From Alphaproteobacteria bacterium (GTDB taxonomy: Bacteria > Pseudomonadota > Alphaproteobacteria > JAPOUT01 > G958296285): a stretch of DNA of 64,000 bases. Every line of letters starts with the position of its first letter. Positions within the stretch are counted from its first letter, which is position 1. This document shows positions 20,087 to 29,826 of the stretch, piece by piece. The translations under genes and the position numbers were made by a program. The stretch is taken from contig CBDBFH010000028.1 of assembly GCA_965204775.1 (NCBI GenBank), positions 25,555 through 89,554 on the forward strand, written 5' to 3'. The notes below the pieces were generated by a model. The model was not told the DNA's origin and ran no database searches. It saw nothing but the letters and a program-made list of their open reading frames with translations.

Positions 20087-21517
20087 ATGGGCGGCGGGAC
20101 GGACAAAGCGCTGGATGACCTGCGCGGCGCGCTGGGGCCGGATCATATTCTGACCGGAGCGGAGGAGACGGCGCCCTATATGCACGAGCCGCGCGGGGCG
20201 TTTGAGGGCCGCGCGTTGTGCGTTGCCCGTCCGGCGGCGGCGGGCGAGGTTGCGCGGGTGGTTGGGATTGCGCGGGCGCGCGGGCTTCATATCGTTCTGC
20301 AAAGCGGCAATACGGGGCTTGTCGGCGGGCAGGTTCCGTTTGACGGCGCGCGGGCGATTTTGCTCAGCCTGGGCCGCTTGAACCGGATTCGGTCGGTTGA
20401 CGCGCAGAACAATGTTCTGGTTGCCGAAGCCGGCTGCATCCTGTCCGACATTCAGGCGGCGGCGCGGGGGGCGGATCGCCTGTTTCCGCTGTCGCTGGCC
20501 TCGGAGGGAAGCGCGCAGCTGGGCGGCCTGCTGGCGGCCAATGCCGGGGGTCAGGCGGTTCTGCGCTACGGATCGGCGCGCGATTTGACTCTGGGTCTGG
20601 AAGCCGTTCTAGCCGACGGGAGTCAGATCAGCGCGCTTTCCGGCCTGCGCAAGGACAACAGCGGCTATGACCTGAAGAGTCTGCTGGTCGGCTCGGAGGG
20701 GACGCTGGGGGTTATCACGGCGGCGGCGCTCAAACTGTTTGCGCGCCCGCGTGCGCGCGCGGTTTTTTGGGCGGCGGTGGCCGATCCCGGAGCGGCGGTT
20801 GGCCTGCTGCGCGCGCTGCAGGAGCGCTTCGGCGAGAGCGTCAGCGCTTTCGAGCTGATTGCGCGGGCCGGGCTGGAGCTGATCTTGCGGCATATTCCGC
20901 AGACGCGCGATCCCTTGGCAGGAGAAGGGTCGGCGTTTTACGTGCTGTGCGCGCTGGACAGCAGCCGGCAGGCGGACGATCTGCGCGCGGCGGCGGAATC
21001 CTTTCTCAACGGCGAGATTGAAGGCGGCAGGATCGCGACTGCGGTTGCGGCGGCCTCGGCGGCGCAGGCGGCGCAGCTGTGGCGCTTGCGCGAGAGTCTG
21101 CCGGAGGCGCAAAAACGCGAAGGGGCCAGCCTCAAGCATGATGTTTCGGTTCCGGTGTCGCGCCTGCCGGATTTCATGGCGCGGGCGGCGCAGGCAGTGC
21201 GCGCGGCGCTGCCGGGGGTGCGGGTCATTGCCTTTGGCCATCTGGGCGACGGCAACATTCATTTCAATCTGAGTCAGCCGAAAGACATGACGGCGGCTGC
21301 CTTTCTGGAGCAGGGGGAGCGTCTGGCGCAGATCGTCTATGGGATCGTTCTGGATCTGGGCGGCTCGGTAAGCGCGGAGCACGGGATCGGCGTGGTCAAG
21401 CGCGCGGCGTTGTTGCGCCAGAAGAGTGCGGGCGAGATGGCGGCGATGCGGGCGATCAAGCGGGCGCTGGACCCTGACGGGATTTTCAATCCGGGCAAGA
21501 TTTTTGAGATTGTTTAA
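20087..21517 (+). CDS. FAD-binding oxidoreductase (GlcD / D-lactate or D-2-hydroxyglutarate dehydrogenase family)
   Basis: FAD-binding PCMH domain (VLQSGNTGLVGG) and C-terminal HGIGVVKR...LDPDGIFNPGKIF motif typical of FAD-linked oxidase C-terminal domain. Confidence 0.85.
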   Translation: MGGGTDKALDDLRGALGPDHILTGAEETAPYMHEPRGAFEGRALCVARPAAAGEVARVVGIARARGLHIVLQSGNTGLVGGQVPFDGARAILLSLGRLNRIRSVDAQNNVLVAEAGCILSDIQAAARGADRLFPLSLASEGSAQLGGLLAANAGGQAVLRYGSARDLTLGLEAVLADGSQISALSGLRKDNSGYDLKSLLVGSEGTLGVITAAALKLFARPRARAVFWAAVADPGAAVGLLRALQERFGESVSAFELIARAGLELILRHIPQTRDPLAGEGSAFYVLCALDSSRQADDLRAAAESFLNGEIEGGRIATAVAAASAAQAAQLWRLRESLPEAQKREGASLKHDVSVPVSRLPDFMARAAQAVRAALPGVRVIAFGHLGDGNIHFNLSQPKDMTAAAFLEQGERLAQIVYGIVLDLGGSVSAEHGIGVVKRAALLRQKSAGEMAAMRAIKRALDPDGIFNPGKIFEIV

Positions 21518-22170
21518 GCACCGCCGGCGGCGGGGTCGAGGAGGCCGGCGTCATCGTTGGCGACCTTGTTGACGCGCGCGCCGATGGCCTGGGCGGCGAC
21601 CAGATGCGAAGCGAGGGGCTTGAGCAGTTGGGCGGCGGCGCGCGGCGCGGTTGCGCGGTCGAGCCAGGCGGACCAGTCTTCGCGCGGCAGCATGACCGGC
21701 ATCCGGTGATGGATGGGGGCGAGGGCTTGATTGGCCTGGGTGGTCAAAATGACGAAGCGCACGGCGCGCGCGCCGTTGTGCGCGCGCGTCTCCCAGAGTC
21801 CGGCCATGGCGAAGGGGGCGTGATCGGCGCGGCGCACGGCGAAAGGCTGCTTGGCTTTATCCCATTCGTAGAAGGCGTCCGCCGGAACGAGGCAGCGGCG
21901 GCGGCTGAGCGCCTCGCGGAAGGCGGGTTTGTCACCGGCGCTTTCGCTGCGGGCGTTGATCAGGAGTTTGTCGCGCCCGGCGATGGCCCGCCGCCAGCCC
22001 CAGGCGGCGAGGATCAGGCCGGGGCGGTTGTGCCGGTTCAAGCCGACAAGGGGGGCGGACTGGGTTGGCGCGATATTGTAGCGGGGCTGAAGATTGCCGA
22101 TCTCTCCCGCGACGCCGAAAGCCGCGCGCAGATCATCGGGCGGCGAGAAGAGGGCATAGCGTCCGCACAT
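21514..22170 (-). CDS. SOS response-associated peptidase (SRAP/YedK family)
   Basis: Starts MCGRYAL (catalytic Cys2) with conserved SRAP blocks; longest ORF (to 22518) has an implausible S/R-rich extension, so start set at MCGRY. Confidence 0.8.
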   Translation of the reverse strand: MCGRYALFSPPDDLRAAFGVAGEIGNLQPRYNIAPTQSAPLVGLNRHNRPGLILAAWGWRRAIAGRDKLLINARSESAGDKPAFREALSRRRCLVPADAFYEWDKAKQPFAVRRADHAPFAMAGLWETRAHNGARAVRFVILTTQANQALAPIHHRMPVMLPREDWSAWLDRATAPRAAAQLLKPLASHLVAAQAIGARVNKVANDDAGLLDPAAGGA

Positions 22171-22201
22171 GGGAAGACTCTTCTCCCAAGCATTTTGCGA
22201 T

Positions 22202-22744
22202 CTAGAAGAGAGGGTCTTCGTAGCGCGGCTCGCCCTCGACCAGCAGCCGCTTGATCGCCGCGCGGCCGGTTTCCTTCGAGACCGCGACCACCAGCTGCAC
22301 CGCGCCTTCTTCCAGCTTGCTCCCCAGTTCGACGGCATCGGCCTGCGGCAGGTAATAGCGCTCGATTCCGTAGCGAAGCCGGGAGCGGCGCTCGACTTTG
22401 GCGCGCAGGACAATCCGGGGCGGGGCGGCATCGGGCTGGCGATCATCGACCGAGAGCGCCTCCCATCTCCCCCCCTTCTGTTCAAAGACGATATGAACGA
22501 AAGCGCCGGGCCTGACATGCTCGCCTCCCGGCAGGTTCTGCGGCAGCGATCTGGGCAGCGGCAGGTTTAAGCGAAGATAATGGCCGAGAAAAAGATCGCG
22601 CGGATCGTAGGGTTCGACGTCGAGGACAATTGTCTCGCCGTGGCGCAGCAGCGAGGCGCGTTCGGCGATCATCCAGCCCAGCGCCCCGATCTGAAAGAGG
22701 AAGGCGAGGGCGAGGGCGATCAGGATGCGGGCTTGTGCGTTCAT
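22202..22744 (-). CDS. GDYXXLXY domain-containing membrane-anchored protein
   Basis: N-terminal TM helix; YDPRDLFLGHYLRLNL segment matches the GDYxxLxY-family signature region; stop overlaps start of upstream DUF2157/DUF4401 gene. Confidence 0.55.
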   Translation of the reverse strand: MNAQARILIALALAFLFQIGALGWMIAERASLLRHGETIVLDVEPYDPRDLFLGHYLRLNLPLPRSLPQNLPGGEHVRPGAFVHIVFEQKGGRWEALSVDDRQPDAAPPRIVLRAKVERRSRLRYGIERYYLPQADAVELGSKLEEGAVQLVVAVSKETGRAAIKRLLVEGEPRYEDPLF

Positions 22745-24129
22745 GGCGTCGGCTTCTGGTAGCGTGCTGTGGTCCGGGCGGCGAAGGTATAGAGTCCGGC
22801 GCCGAGAGCGATGAGGAGGAGGCCGCCGAGCATGAGGGCGAGGCCGGTCTCCAGCAGCGAGCCGAAGGCCCTGAGATAGAGGAAGAGGGCTTCGGCGATG
22901 AAGAAAATATATCCCAGGTATCGGAGCACGGGGTCATAGAGGCGCGCGCCGAGATCGATCAGCCAGAGGCTGAAGAGGAGCAGGCCGGTCGCGCTGAGCC
23001 AGAAAAAGGCCGAGGGCGCTGCGGACAGGATGGCGAGGCCGCAGACGGCGAAGAAACAGACCGGGATGAGCAAGGCGGCGGCGTCGAGCCGGCGCAGGCG
23101 GCGGAGGTGGGCGGCGGCGAGGAGAAGCAAGAGGGGCACGCAGGCCAGAGCGAGGGGAACGAGAGCGCCGGGGGAGTCGCTTCCCTCCTGTAAGAGCTGG
23201 GCTTTTTCGCCTGTCACAAAATGGATGGCGGCGTAAGAGGGCAGTGTGAGGAAGATTCCATAGCGGAGCAGGGCGGGGGCGGCGGCGGCCAGCCAGCCGG
23301 GACGTCCCTTGTTCTCGTGGAGGCCTGCGAGCAAAAAGGTAGCGGGGATCAGGCTCAAGGCGGCGAGGCCAAAGACGGCGAATTTCTCCTTCCCGTCGAG
23401 CGCCGGAATGGTTACGAGCAGGCTGGCCAGGAAGAAGATGAAGGAGGTGGCGGCCAGATGGAGACCGCGCCGCCATGACCAGAGGAGGGTGGTGGCCAGC
23501 CCTGCGGTCCAGGGCAGGAGGAAGAGGAGCATCGGGGGATAGAAGCTGCCGGATTCGGATCCGCCGTAATCGCTGCCGAGTTTGGCGACCAGCCAGATGG
23601 TGGCGACGACGAAGGCAAGGCCCAGGGGGCTTTTCTGTCCTGAGGCCCAGGCGGTTGCCAGCGCGCCCGCCGCCCAGAGCATGACCGCATCGGCGACATT
23701 TCCGGTGTCGATATTGTACATTTGGGCGATCAGGAAGATGCTCGCGCCGAAGACGCCGGCGGCGAGGAAGAAGCAGAGCTCTGCGATCCAGCGCTGTGCG
23801 GAGATCAGGAGGGCGCCGGTTCCCGCGGCGAACAGGGCGATGAAGGTTGCGCTGAGCGTGGCGAGGCGGACGAGGCGGGGGATGGCGTCCCAGTTGACCG
23901 AGACGGTGATCAGGATTCCCAGCAACAGCAGGAGGGCGCCGGCGGCGGTGAAGATTCGCCCGGGCGACTCTGCGGCGGAGTCGCGCCGGACGAGGGCGTC
24001 GAGCATGGCCGGGATTCGCTCCTGTGCGATCAACCCCTCGCGCGCCCAGAAGGCGAGGTCACGCTTGAGTTGTGTGATATAAAAGGGCAAGCGCATGGCT
24101 TCGCTTATAGCACATGGCAGGCCGGTCAT
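22741..24129 (-). CDS. DUF2157/DUF4401-type polytopic membrane protein
   Basis: 462 aa, about 12 predicted TM helices; arrangement with downstream GDYXXLXY gene is a conserved uncharacterised pairing; start may be the internal Met MRLPFYITQL. Confidence 0.5.
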   Translation of the reverse strand: MTGLPCAISEAMRLPFYITQLKRDLAFWAREGLIAQERIPAMLDALVRRDSAAESPGRIFTAAGALLLLLGILITVSVNWDAIPRLVRLATLSATFIALFAAGTGALLISAQRWIAELCFFLAAGVFGASIFLIAQMYNIDTGNVADAVMLWAAGALATAWASGQKSPLGLAFVVATIWLVAKLGSDYGGSESGSFYPPMLLFLLPWTAGLATTLLWSWRRGLHLAATSFIFFLASLLVTIPALDGKEKFAVFGLAALSLIPATFLLAGLHENKGRPGWLAAAAPALLRYGIFLTLPSYAAIHFVTGEKAQLLQEGSDSPGALVPLALACVPLLLLLAAAHLRRLRRLDAAALLIPVCFFAVCGLAILSAAPSAFFWLSATGLLLFSLWLIDLGARLYDPVLRYLGYIFFIAEALFLYLRAFGSLLETGLALMLGGLLLIALGAGLYTFAARTTARYQKPTP

Positions 24130-24166
24130 GCTATGATGCGGGCCGGTTTGGAGCGGGGGAGATGAT

Positions 24167-24949
24167 ATGTATCAGCCATTTGATTTGAGCGGCAAGGCGG
24201 CGCTGGTGACCGGCGGCAATGCCGGGATCGGCCTTGGGATGGCCGAGGCCCTGGCCCAGGCCGGGGCAAGCGTTGCGATCTGGGGCCGGCGCGAGGACAA
24301 GAACGCGGAGGCGCGCGAAGCTCTGGCCAGGCACGGGGGCAAGGTTTTTGCGAAGAAAGTGGATGTTGGCGAGGAGGCGGCGGTCTCTTCGGCGATGGAG
24401 GAGACGGTTGCGGGCCTGGGGGGTCGTCTGGACTGCTGCATTGCCAATGCCGGGATTTCGAGTTTTGGCCATCGTTTTACCGAGCTGCCGGGCAGCGCCT
24501 GGCGGGCTGTTTTGCGGGTCAATCTGGAGGGTGCGGCTTTCACCCTGCGCGAGGCGGCGCGGCACATGGTCGAGCGGGCCAAGGCGGGAGATCCGGGCGG
24601 GTCGCTGATTGGGGTGTCGAGTTTGTCGGCGCTTGAGGGGGCGACGGGCTTTGAGGCCTATGCGGCGAGCAAGGGGGGTCTGCTGTCTCTGATCCGGGCG
24701 CTGGCGACGGGTCATGCGCGCTTTGGGATTCGGGCGAACGCGATTTTGCCCGGCTGGATTGCGACCGACATGACGGCGCAGGCGCAGGACAATCCGGCTT
24801 TTGAGGAGCGGATTGTTCCGCGCATACCTTTGAGGCGCTGGGGCGCTCCGGCGGATTTTGGCGGGATCGCGGTTTACCTGGCGTCGGAGGCGGCGGCCTA
24901 TCACACGGGCGACACGATCATCATTGACGGCGCCTATTCGATTTTCTGA
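24167..24949 (+). CDS. SDR family oxidoreductase (3-oxoacyl-ACP reductase-like)
   Basis: TGGNAGIGLGMA Rossmann motif, YAASK catalytic motif. Confidence 0.85.
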   Translation: MYQPFDLSGKAALVTGGNAGIGLGMAEALAQAGASVAIWGRREDKNAEAREALARHGGKVFAKKVDVGEEAAVSSAMEETVAGLGGRLDCCIANAGISSFGHRFTELPGSAWRAVLRVNLEGAAFTLREAARHMVERAKAGDPGGSLIGVSSLSALEGATGFEAYAASKGGLLSLIRALATGHARFGIRANAILPGWIATDMTAQAQDNPAFEERIVPRIPLRRWGAPADFGGIAVYLASEAAAYHTGDTIIIDGAYSIF

Positions 24950-24966
24950 CGACGGGGGCGGGCAGG

Positions 24967-25959
24967 ATGAGTCTGAAAACGCCTTTATGCGATTTGCTGG
25001 GAGTGGAGCACCCGATCATGCTTGCGGGCATGGGGGGTGTGTCTTATGCGGAAGTGTGCGCGGCGGTATCGCAGGCCGGGGGCTTTGGCACGCTGGGGAT
25101 GGCGGGCCTGCCGCCGGATGAGATTCGCAGACAGATTCGGCGGGTCAAGGAGCTGACCGACAAGCCCTTTGGCCTTGATCTTCTGGCGGCGGTTCCCAAG
25201 TCTCTGGAGGAGACGGCGGACATGATTATCGAGGAGGGGGTTTCGGCGTTTATTTCGGGTCTTGGGGTTCCGCTGGGGGTGAAGGAGAAGCTGCAGGGGG
25301 CAGGCGTGAAGGTGATGAATGTCTGCGGTGCGGTTCGCCATGCGCAGAAGGCCGAGGCCGCCGGTCTGGACGCGGTGATTGCACAAGGGACCGAAGCCGG
25401 GGGCCATACCGGCCTGATTGCCGGGATGGCTTTGCTGCCGCAGATTGTTGATGCGGTGTCGCTGCCGGTGGTGGCGGCGGGTTCGATTGTTGACGGGCGG
25501 GGCCTGGCGGCGGCGCTGGCCTTTGGCTGTCAGGGGGTGTGGATGGGCACGCGCTTTATTGCCTCGCACGAGGCCCATGCCGGAGCGCTCTACAAGCAGA
25601 CGGTTGTCGAGGCGGGCGATGCGGATACGATCATCACGCGATGCTATTCGGGCAAGCCGATGCGGGTTCGCAAGAACGCCTATGTTGCCGACTGGGAGAG
25701 GCGGGCGGACGAGATCAGGCAGTTTCCGGAGCAGGCGATTTTATCGCACAAGGCGAATGTGATGGGCGGGATCGGCGGCCAGGTCGAAGGTCTGGACCCG
25801 GACCGGTCGTGTTTTGCGATGGGTCAGGGCGCGGGTGCGGTGCATGAGGTTTTGTCGTGCCGGGAGATTGTCGAGCGGACTCTGGCCGAGGCCGAGGAGG
25901 TGATCGGCCGGATGCAGGGTCATCTTGTCCCGGCGGCGAAGAGGGCCAGCGCAGCATAA
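24967..25959 (+). CDS. nitronate monooxygenase (NMO / 2-nitropropane dioxygenase-like, FMN TIM barrel)
   Basis: N-terminus LLGVEHPIMLAGMGGVS, GTEAGGH and GTRF motifs typical of NMO/FabK family. Confidence 0.8.
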   Translation: MSLKTPLCDLLGVEHPIMLAGMGGVSYAEVCAAVSQAGGFGTLGMAGLPPDEIRRQIRRVKELTDKPFGLDLLAAVPKSLEETADMIIEEGVSAFISGLGVPLGVKEKLQGAGVKVMNVCGAVRHAQKAEAAGLDAVIAQGTEAGGHTGLIAGMALLPQIVDAVSLPVVAAGSIVDGRGLAAALAFGCQGVWMGTRFIASHEAHAGALYKQTVVEAGDADTIITRCYSGKPMRVRKNAYVADWERRADEIRQFPEQAILSHKANVMGGIGGQVEGLDPDRSCFAMGQGAGAVHEVLSCREIVERTLAEAEEVIGRMQGHLVPAAKRASAA

Positions 25960-25962
25960 GAG

Positions 25963-26982
25963 ATGGGGCATAGGAATCTTCCACCCCTCCGGCATCTTCT
26001 TGCCGGGTTTGTCGCGGTCTTGCTGGTGTTTGGCGCGGGCGCGAGTCGCGCCGGGCCGGACGAGTGGAAACGCGCCTGGCCGAAAACCGACTTTTCCCGC
26101 CACACCGCCGACCTCTCCCTGATCCGGGAGGGCGGCCCACCCAAAGACGGCATTCCCGCGATTGACACACCGCGTTTCGCCCCCGCCGGCAGCCTCGCCG
26201 GGACGATAGCCCCCGGCGCGCCGGTGATCACCCTGGTTCATGGCGGCCAGGCCCGCGCCTACCCCTTGAGCATCCTGCTCTGGCACGAAATCGTCAATGA
26301 CCGGGTCGGCGGGACCCCGGTGGCGGTGACCTACTGCCCCTTATGCAATGCCGCGCTGGTTTTTGACCGGCGGCAGGGAGAAGACGTTCTGTCCTTCGGC
26401 ACGACCGGAAAACTCCTCCATTCCGACCTGGTCATGTATGACCGGCAAAGCGAAAGCTGGTGGCAGCAGTTCACCGGCGAGGCGATTGCGGGTGCGCGGG
26501 CGGGCGAACGCCTGCGCCTGCTGCCCTCGCGGATCGAGTCTTTTGACCGCTTCCTGCGGGCCTTCCCCCAAGGCGAGGTTCTGCGCCCGCCCGCGCCGCA
26601 GGCGCGCCCCTATGGCTTCACGCCCTATGCGGGCTACGACGTTCCGGCGGGCCGTCCCCCTCTCTATGACGGCTCTTTGCCGGAAGGCATTGCGCCGATG
26701 GCGCGGGTCGTGGCGGTGGAGGGCGCGGGCGGCCCGGAGGCTTTTGCCCTTTCTGTGTTGCGCGCCCGCAAGCGCATCACGCGGGGCGAGATCGAGATCA
26801 GCTGGGAGCCGGGGCAGCATTCGGTGCTGGATGCCCGCGAGATTGCCAAAGGCCGCGATGTCGGCAATGTCCGCGTGCGGCGCAAAGGACAGGACGTCCC
26901 GCATACGATCCCCTTTGCCTTCGTGTTCCACGCCTTCCACCCCGGCCAGCCGATTCACACGGCGCATCCGCCGGATTCCTAA
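25963..26982 (+). CDS. DUF3179 domain-containing secreted protein
   Basis: Signal peptide then DGIPAIDTPRF and PLCNAALVFDR blocks matching DUF3179. Confidence 0.6.
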   Translation: MGHRNLPPLRHLLAGFVAVLLVFGAGASRAGPDEWKRAWPKTDFSRHTADLSLIREGGPPKDGIPAIDTPRFAPAGSLAGTIAPGAPVITLVHGGQARAYPLSILLWHEIVNDRVGGTPVAVTYCPLCNAALVFDRRQGEDVLSFGTTGKLLHSDLVMYDRQSESWWQQFTGEAIAGARAGERLRLLPSRIESFDRFLRAFPQGEVLRPPAPQARPYGFTPYAGYDVPAGRPPLYDGSLPEGIAPMARVVAVEGAGGPEAFALSVLRARKRITRGEIEISWEPGQHSVLDAREIAKGRDVGNVRVRRKGQDVPHTIPFAFVFHAFHPGQPIHTAHPPDS

Positions 26983-28529
26983 ACGATCGCCTCGATCAGG
27001 CGCGGGCCCGTGCGGCGCATGGCGTCGGTCAGCTGAGCGTGAAACTCTTCGGCGCTGTGCGCCCGGCTTGCCTCGACCCCCATCCCGCCCGCCAGCTGCG
27101 CCCAGTCCAGATCGGGATTGCCCAAATCAAACAGCGCGAGCGGCCCCGGCCCCGGATTGGCCGCCCCGGCGCGGGCCAGCTCGAACTGCAAAATCCGGTA
27201 GGCGCGGTTGGAGAAGATGACCGTGAGCACGTCCAGTTTCTCGCGCGCCTGGGTCCACAGACTCTGCAGCGTATACATGGCCCCGCCATCGCCGTGCAGG
27301 CAGATCACCTTGCGCTCCGGGCAGGCAACGCTTGCCCCGACCGCAAGCGGCAGGCCCTGGCCGATGGCCCCGCCGGTGAGCGCAAGCAGGTCATGCGCCG
27401 GCGCACTTGCCAGCGCGCCATAGAGGGCAAGGCCGGAAGTCGCCGACTCATCACAGACGATTGCGCCTTCCGGCAGGCAGGCGGCGAGGCTCTGGGCAAT
27501 GCTTTCAGGCGTCAGGCCGCCTGCTTTGGGCGGCGCGGCGGGCGCCGCGGACACGCGCCCGGCAGGCTCTTTGGGGGCCTTGAGATGGGCGGCCAGTTCC
27601 GACAAGGCGCGCGCGCCGTCCTCGTGTGGGTGGCAGAGGGTGACGCAGGCCGTTCCTTCGGGCAGCAGGCTGGAGGGCAGGCCGGGATAGGCGAAAAAGG
27701 AAACCGGCGCGCGCGTGCCCGCCAGCAGCAGGCAGTCAAACGGGGCGAGCGTTTCCAGAACCTGTTCGGGGAAATAGGGTATGCGGGCGGCGGCAACCCG
27801 CCCGCGCCCGCGCTCGATCCGGGGGGCGAAGGTGTCGCAGAAAAGTTGCGCCCCGGTTGCGGCGGCGATCCGGCCTGCATGTTCCAGCGCTGCGGCGCGC
27901 AAGGAGGCCCCGCGCAACAGGATGGCGGGCTTTTTTGCTGCCTTCAGGGCGCGGGCGGCGCGCTCGATGGCGGCGGGCGCAACGGGCGCGGGCGCAGGAC
28001 GCGGCAAAGGCGGGGCGGGGCCTTCGGCCTCGCCCCAGGCGGCGTCGGCGGGCAGGATCAGACTGGCGATCTGTCCGGGCGGCTCGCATGCCGCCCGGAC
28101 GGCGCGCGCGGCAGACGCGGCGGCGCGCGCGGCATCGGGCGCGCGCGCGATCCAGCCCGAGACCGGGCGCGCCAGGCTTTCGATATCCGACGTCAGGGGC
28201 GCATCATGGGGCAGATGGAAGCCGGGATGATCGCCGATGATGTTGACCAGCGGCGCGGCGGCGCGGCGCGCGTTGTGCAGATTGGCGATGGCATTGCCCA
28301 GGCCCGGCCCCAGATGGAACAGGGTTGCGGCGGGCGCGCCGGTCATCCGGGCGTAGCCGTCGGCGGCGGCCGAGGCCACGCCCTCGAAGAGAACCAGAAC
28401 GGCGCGCATGTCCGGCACGCGGTCGAGGGCGGCGACCAGATGAATCTCCGATGTTCCCGGATTGGCGAAGCAGACCTTGACGCCTGCGCCGCACAGGGTG
28501 CGCAAAACGCTTTCCGCGCCGTTCACCAA
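26979..28529 (-). CDS. thiamine pyrophosphate-dependent enzyme (acetolactate synthase large subunit / benzoylformate decarboxylase superfamily)
   Basis: N-terminal TPP-pyrimidine domain (ANPGTSEIHLV), C-terminal TPP-binding GDGGAMYTLQSLWT motif; start is GTG/TTG near 28526-28529 preceded by GGGAGAGG. Confidence 0.8.
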   Translation of the reverse strand: MVNGAESVLRTLCGAGVKVCFANPGTSEIHLVAALDRVPDMRAVLVLFEGVASAAADGYARMTGAPAATLFHLGPGLGNAIANLHNARRAAAPLVNIIGDHPGFHLPHDAPLTSDIESLARPVSGWIARAPDAARAAASAARAVRAACEPPGQIASLILPADAAWGEAEGPAPPLPRPAPAPVAPAAIERAARALKAAKKPAILLRGASLRAAALEHAGRIAAATGAQLFCDTFAPRIERGRGRVAAARIPYFPEQVLETLAPFDCLLLAGTRAPVSFFAYPGLPSSLLPEGTACVTLCHPHEDGARALSELAAHLKAPKEPAGRVSAAPAAPPKAGGLTPESIAQSLAACLPEGAIVCDESATSGLALYGALASAPAHDLLALTGGAIGQGLPLAVGASVACPERKVICLHGDGGAMYTLQSLWTQAREKLDVLTVIFSNRAYRILQFELARAGAANPGPGPLALFDLGNPDLDWAQLAGGMGVEASRAHSAEEFHAQLTDAMRRTGPRLIEAIV

Positions 28530-28541
28530 ACCTCTCCCATA

Positions 28542-29390
28542 TCATCTAAGACGCTTAAGTGCGTCATCAGCAACTATCTTATGTATGATAGATTTAACCA
28601 CTTTATCGAGTTGCTGGCCATCAGAGTAGTTGGCTGGAGCACAAAAATCAGCGCGTCCCTGTTTGATAAGATCTTGTCCCGCTTTCTTGCCCCCCTCACC
28701 TCTAGCATGCGGCTTATAAACTGCTATTGCATGGCCACCCTTATATTTAACCATTTTAAAACATGGAATATCTGTCGCACTATCGCCAATATAGATCATA
28801 CGCTCAAAGGGAATTGGCCGCTTTTCCTCTGGTGTATAATTATTCAATTTCTTATTCTCGCTTACGTCATGAATTCCCTTATTAATACGAAAGAGGTATT
28901 GCGTTTTATTAGTATAATTCACGGCAAGCGCAGGCCATTGTGCAACCTCATGCTGATCATACATAAATGAAGAAGCAAAGATTTTTTTGATTTTTTTGAT
29001 TTTCCCGGCTTTTTGCACACCTTCGATAAATTCACGCAAGCCGGATGAAATTATAAAATGTTCAATCTTGACTCCGAAAGATTTCCCATATTCTGCAATA
29101 CGTTCAAACCAGCCTTCAACTCCTTCAAAAACATCGATTTCTTTTCCACTTTTCACAAAGCTATCTTTGCGAATCTTCTTTTTCTTTTCATTGGCTTTCT
29201 CGAGCATTAGTTTCATATACACAAGGACCTCGTCTGCTTCTTTTTCCTTTGCCAGCTTTCCAACCTCTGCCCAGAATGATTTTTTTGCCAACTCAAGATC
29301 TGGCAAGAAAGCATGCTCCTGCATATTACCTGGAGCCAGAGTGCCATCAAAGTCATAAATCAGAGCCATCGAAATCAATCTTCTCGGCAT
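28542..29390 (-). CDS. HAD-IB family phosphatase (PSPase/MtnX-like), encoded by an AT-rich horizontally acquired segment
   Basis: HAD motif I DFDGTL, motif II HFIISSG, motif IV IYIGDSATDIPCF; Lys-rich cap; gene is about 40% GC versus about 68% for flanks; GAGAGG RBS; alternative start MALIYDFDG at 29369. Confidence 0.8.
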   Translation of the reverse strand: MPRRLISMALIYDFDGTLAPGNMQEHAFLPDLELAKKSFWAEVGKLAKEKEADEVLVYMKLMLEKANEKKKKIRKDSFVKSGKEIDVFEGVEGWFERIAEYGKSFGVKIEHFIISSGLREFIEGVQKAGKIKKIKKIFASSFMYDQHEVAQWPALAVNYTNKTQYLFRINKGIHDVSENKKLNNYTPEEKRPIPFERMIYIGDSATDIPCFKMVKYKGGHAIAVYKPHARGEGGKKAGQDLIKQGRADFCAPANYSDGQQLDKVVKSIIHKIVADDALKRLR

Positions 29391-29423
29391 TGTTTTCAGC
29401 CTCTCTCAGCATTTTCAATGTTA

Positions 29424-29798
29424 TTAGCCCGCAAGCTGGACAAAAATAATGACCAGTCCGGCTATGCTCACCGTCCAGATGCCGGTGCGCAGCAGGGGAA
29501 TGCCGCTTGCATAAGCTGGAACATAGGCCAGGCGCGACCAGAAAAAGAGATGAGCGGCCAGCCGTGTCGTTTCATTCAGCTGGCCGGTTACTTTTCCCAT
29601 GATGACGAGAATGGCGAAAACCGGCAGGGATTCGAGAAGATTGCGGTGGGCGCGCTGGAGGCGTCCGGCGAGGCCGTCATAGACGACTCTGCGCTCCATC
29701 TGCCCGTCGGCCTGCCGCCGCCCGACGATCGGCGGCAGGACGGCCTGAACCAGGGCCAGCATGGCGGCGGCCAGCAGGAGGATAAGTTCGGTTTCCAT
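29424..29798 (-). CDS. MAPEG family membrane protein
   Basis: 124 aa, 4 TM helices, MAPEG-like ERRVVYDGLAGRLQRAHRNLLESLPVF region; start set at METELILLL rather than the extended ORF. Confidence 0.65.
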   Translation of the reverse strand: METELILLLAAAMLALVQAVLPPIVGRRQADGQMERRVVYDGLAGRLQRAHRNLLESLPVFAILVIMGKVTGQLNETTRLAAHLFFWSRLAYVPAYASGIPLLRTGIWTVSIAGLVIIFVQLAG

Positions 29799-29826
29799 GG
29801 AGCCGCGCCCCTCTTTCTCCAGTGGT

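Noticed and set aside
22171..22518. N-terminal 116-aa extension of the SRAP ORF
   Set aside because: SRAP proteins begin with MCGRY (catalytic Cys at position 2). The extension is S/R-rich and lacks codon bias.
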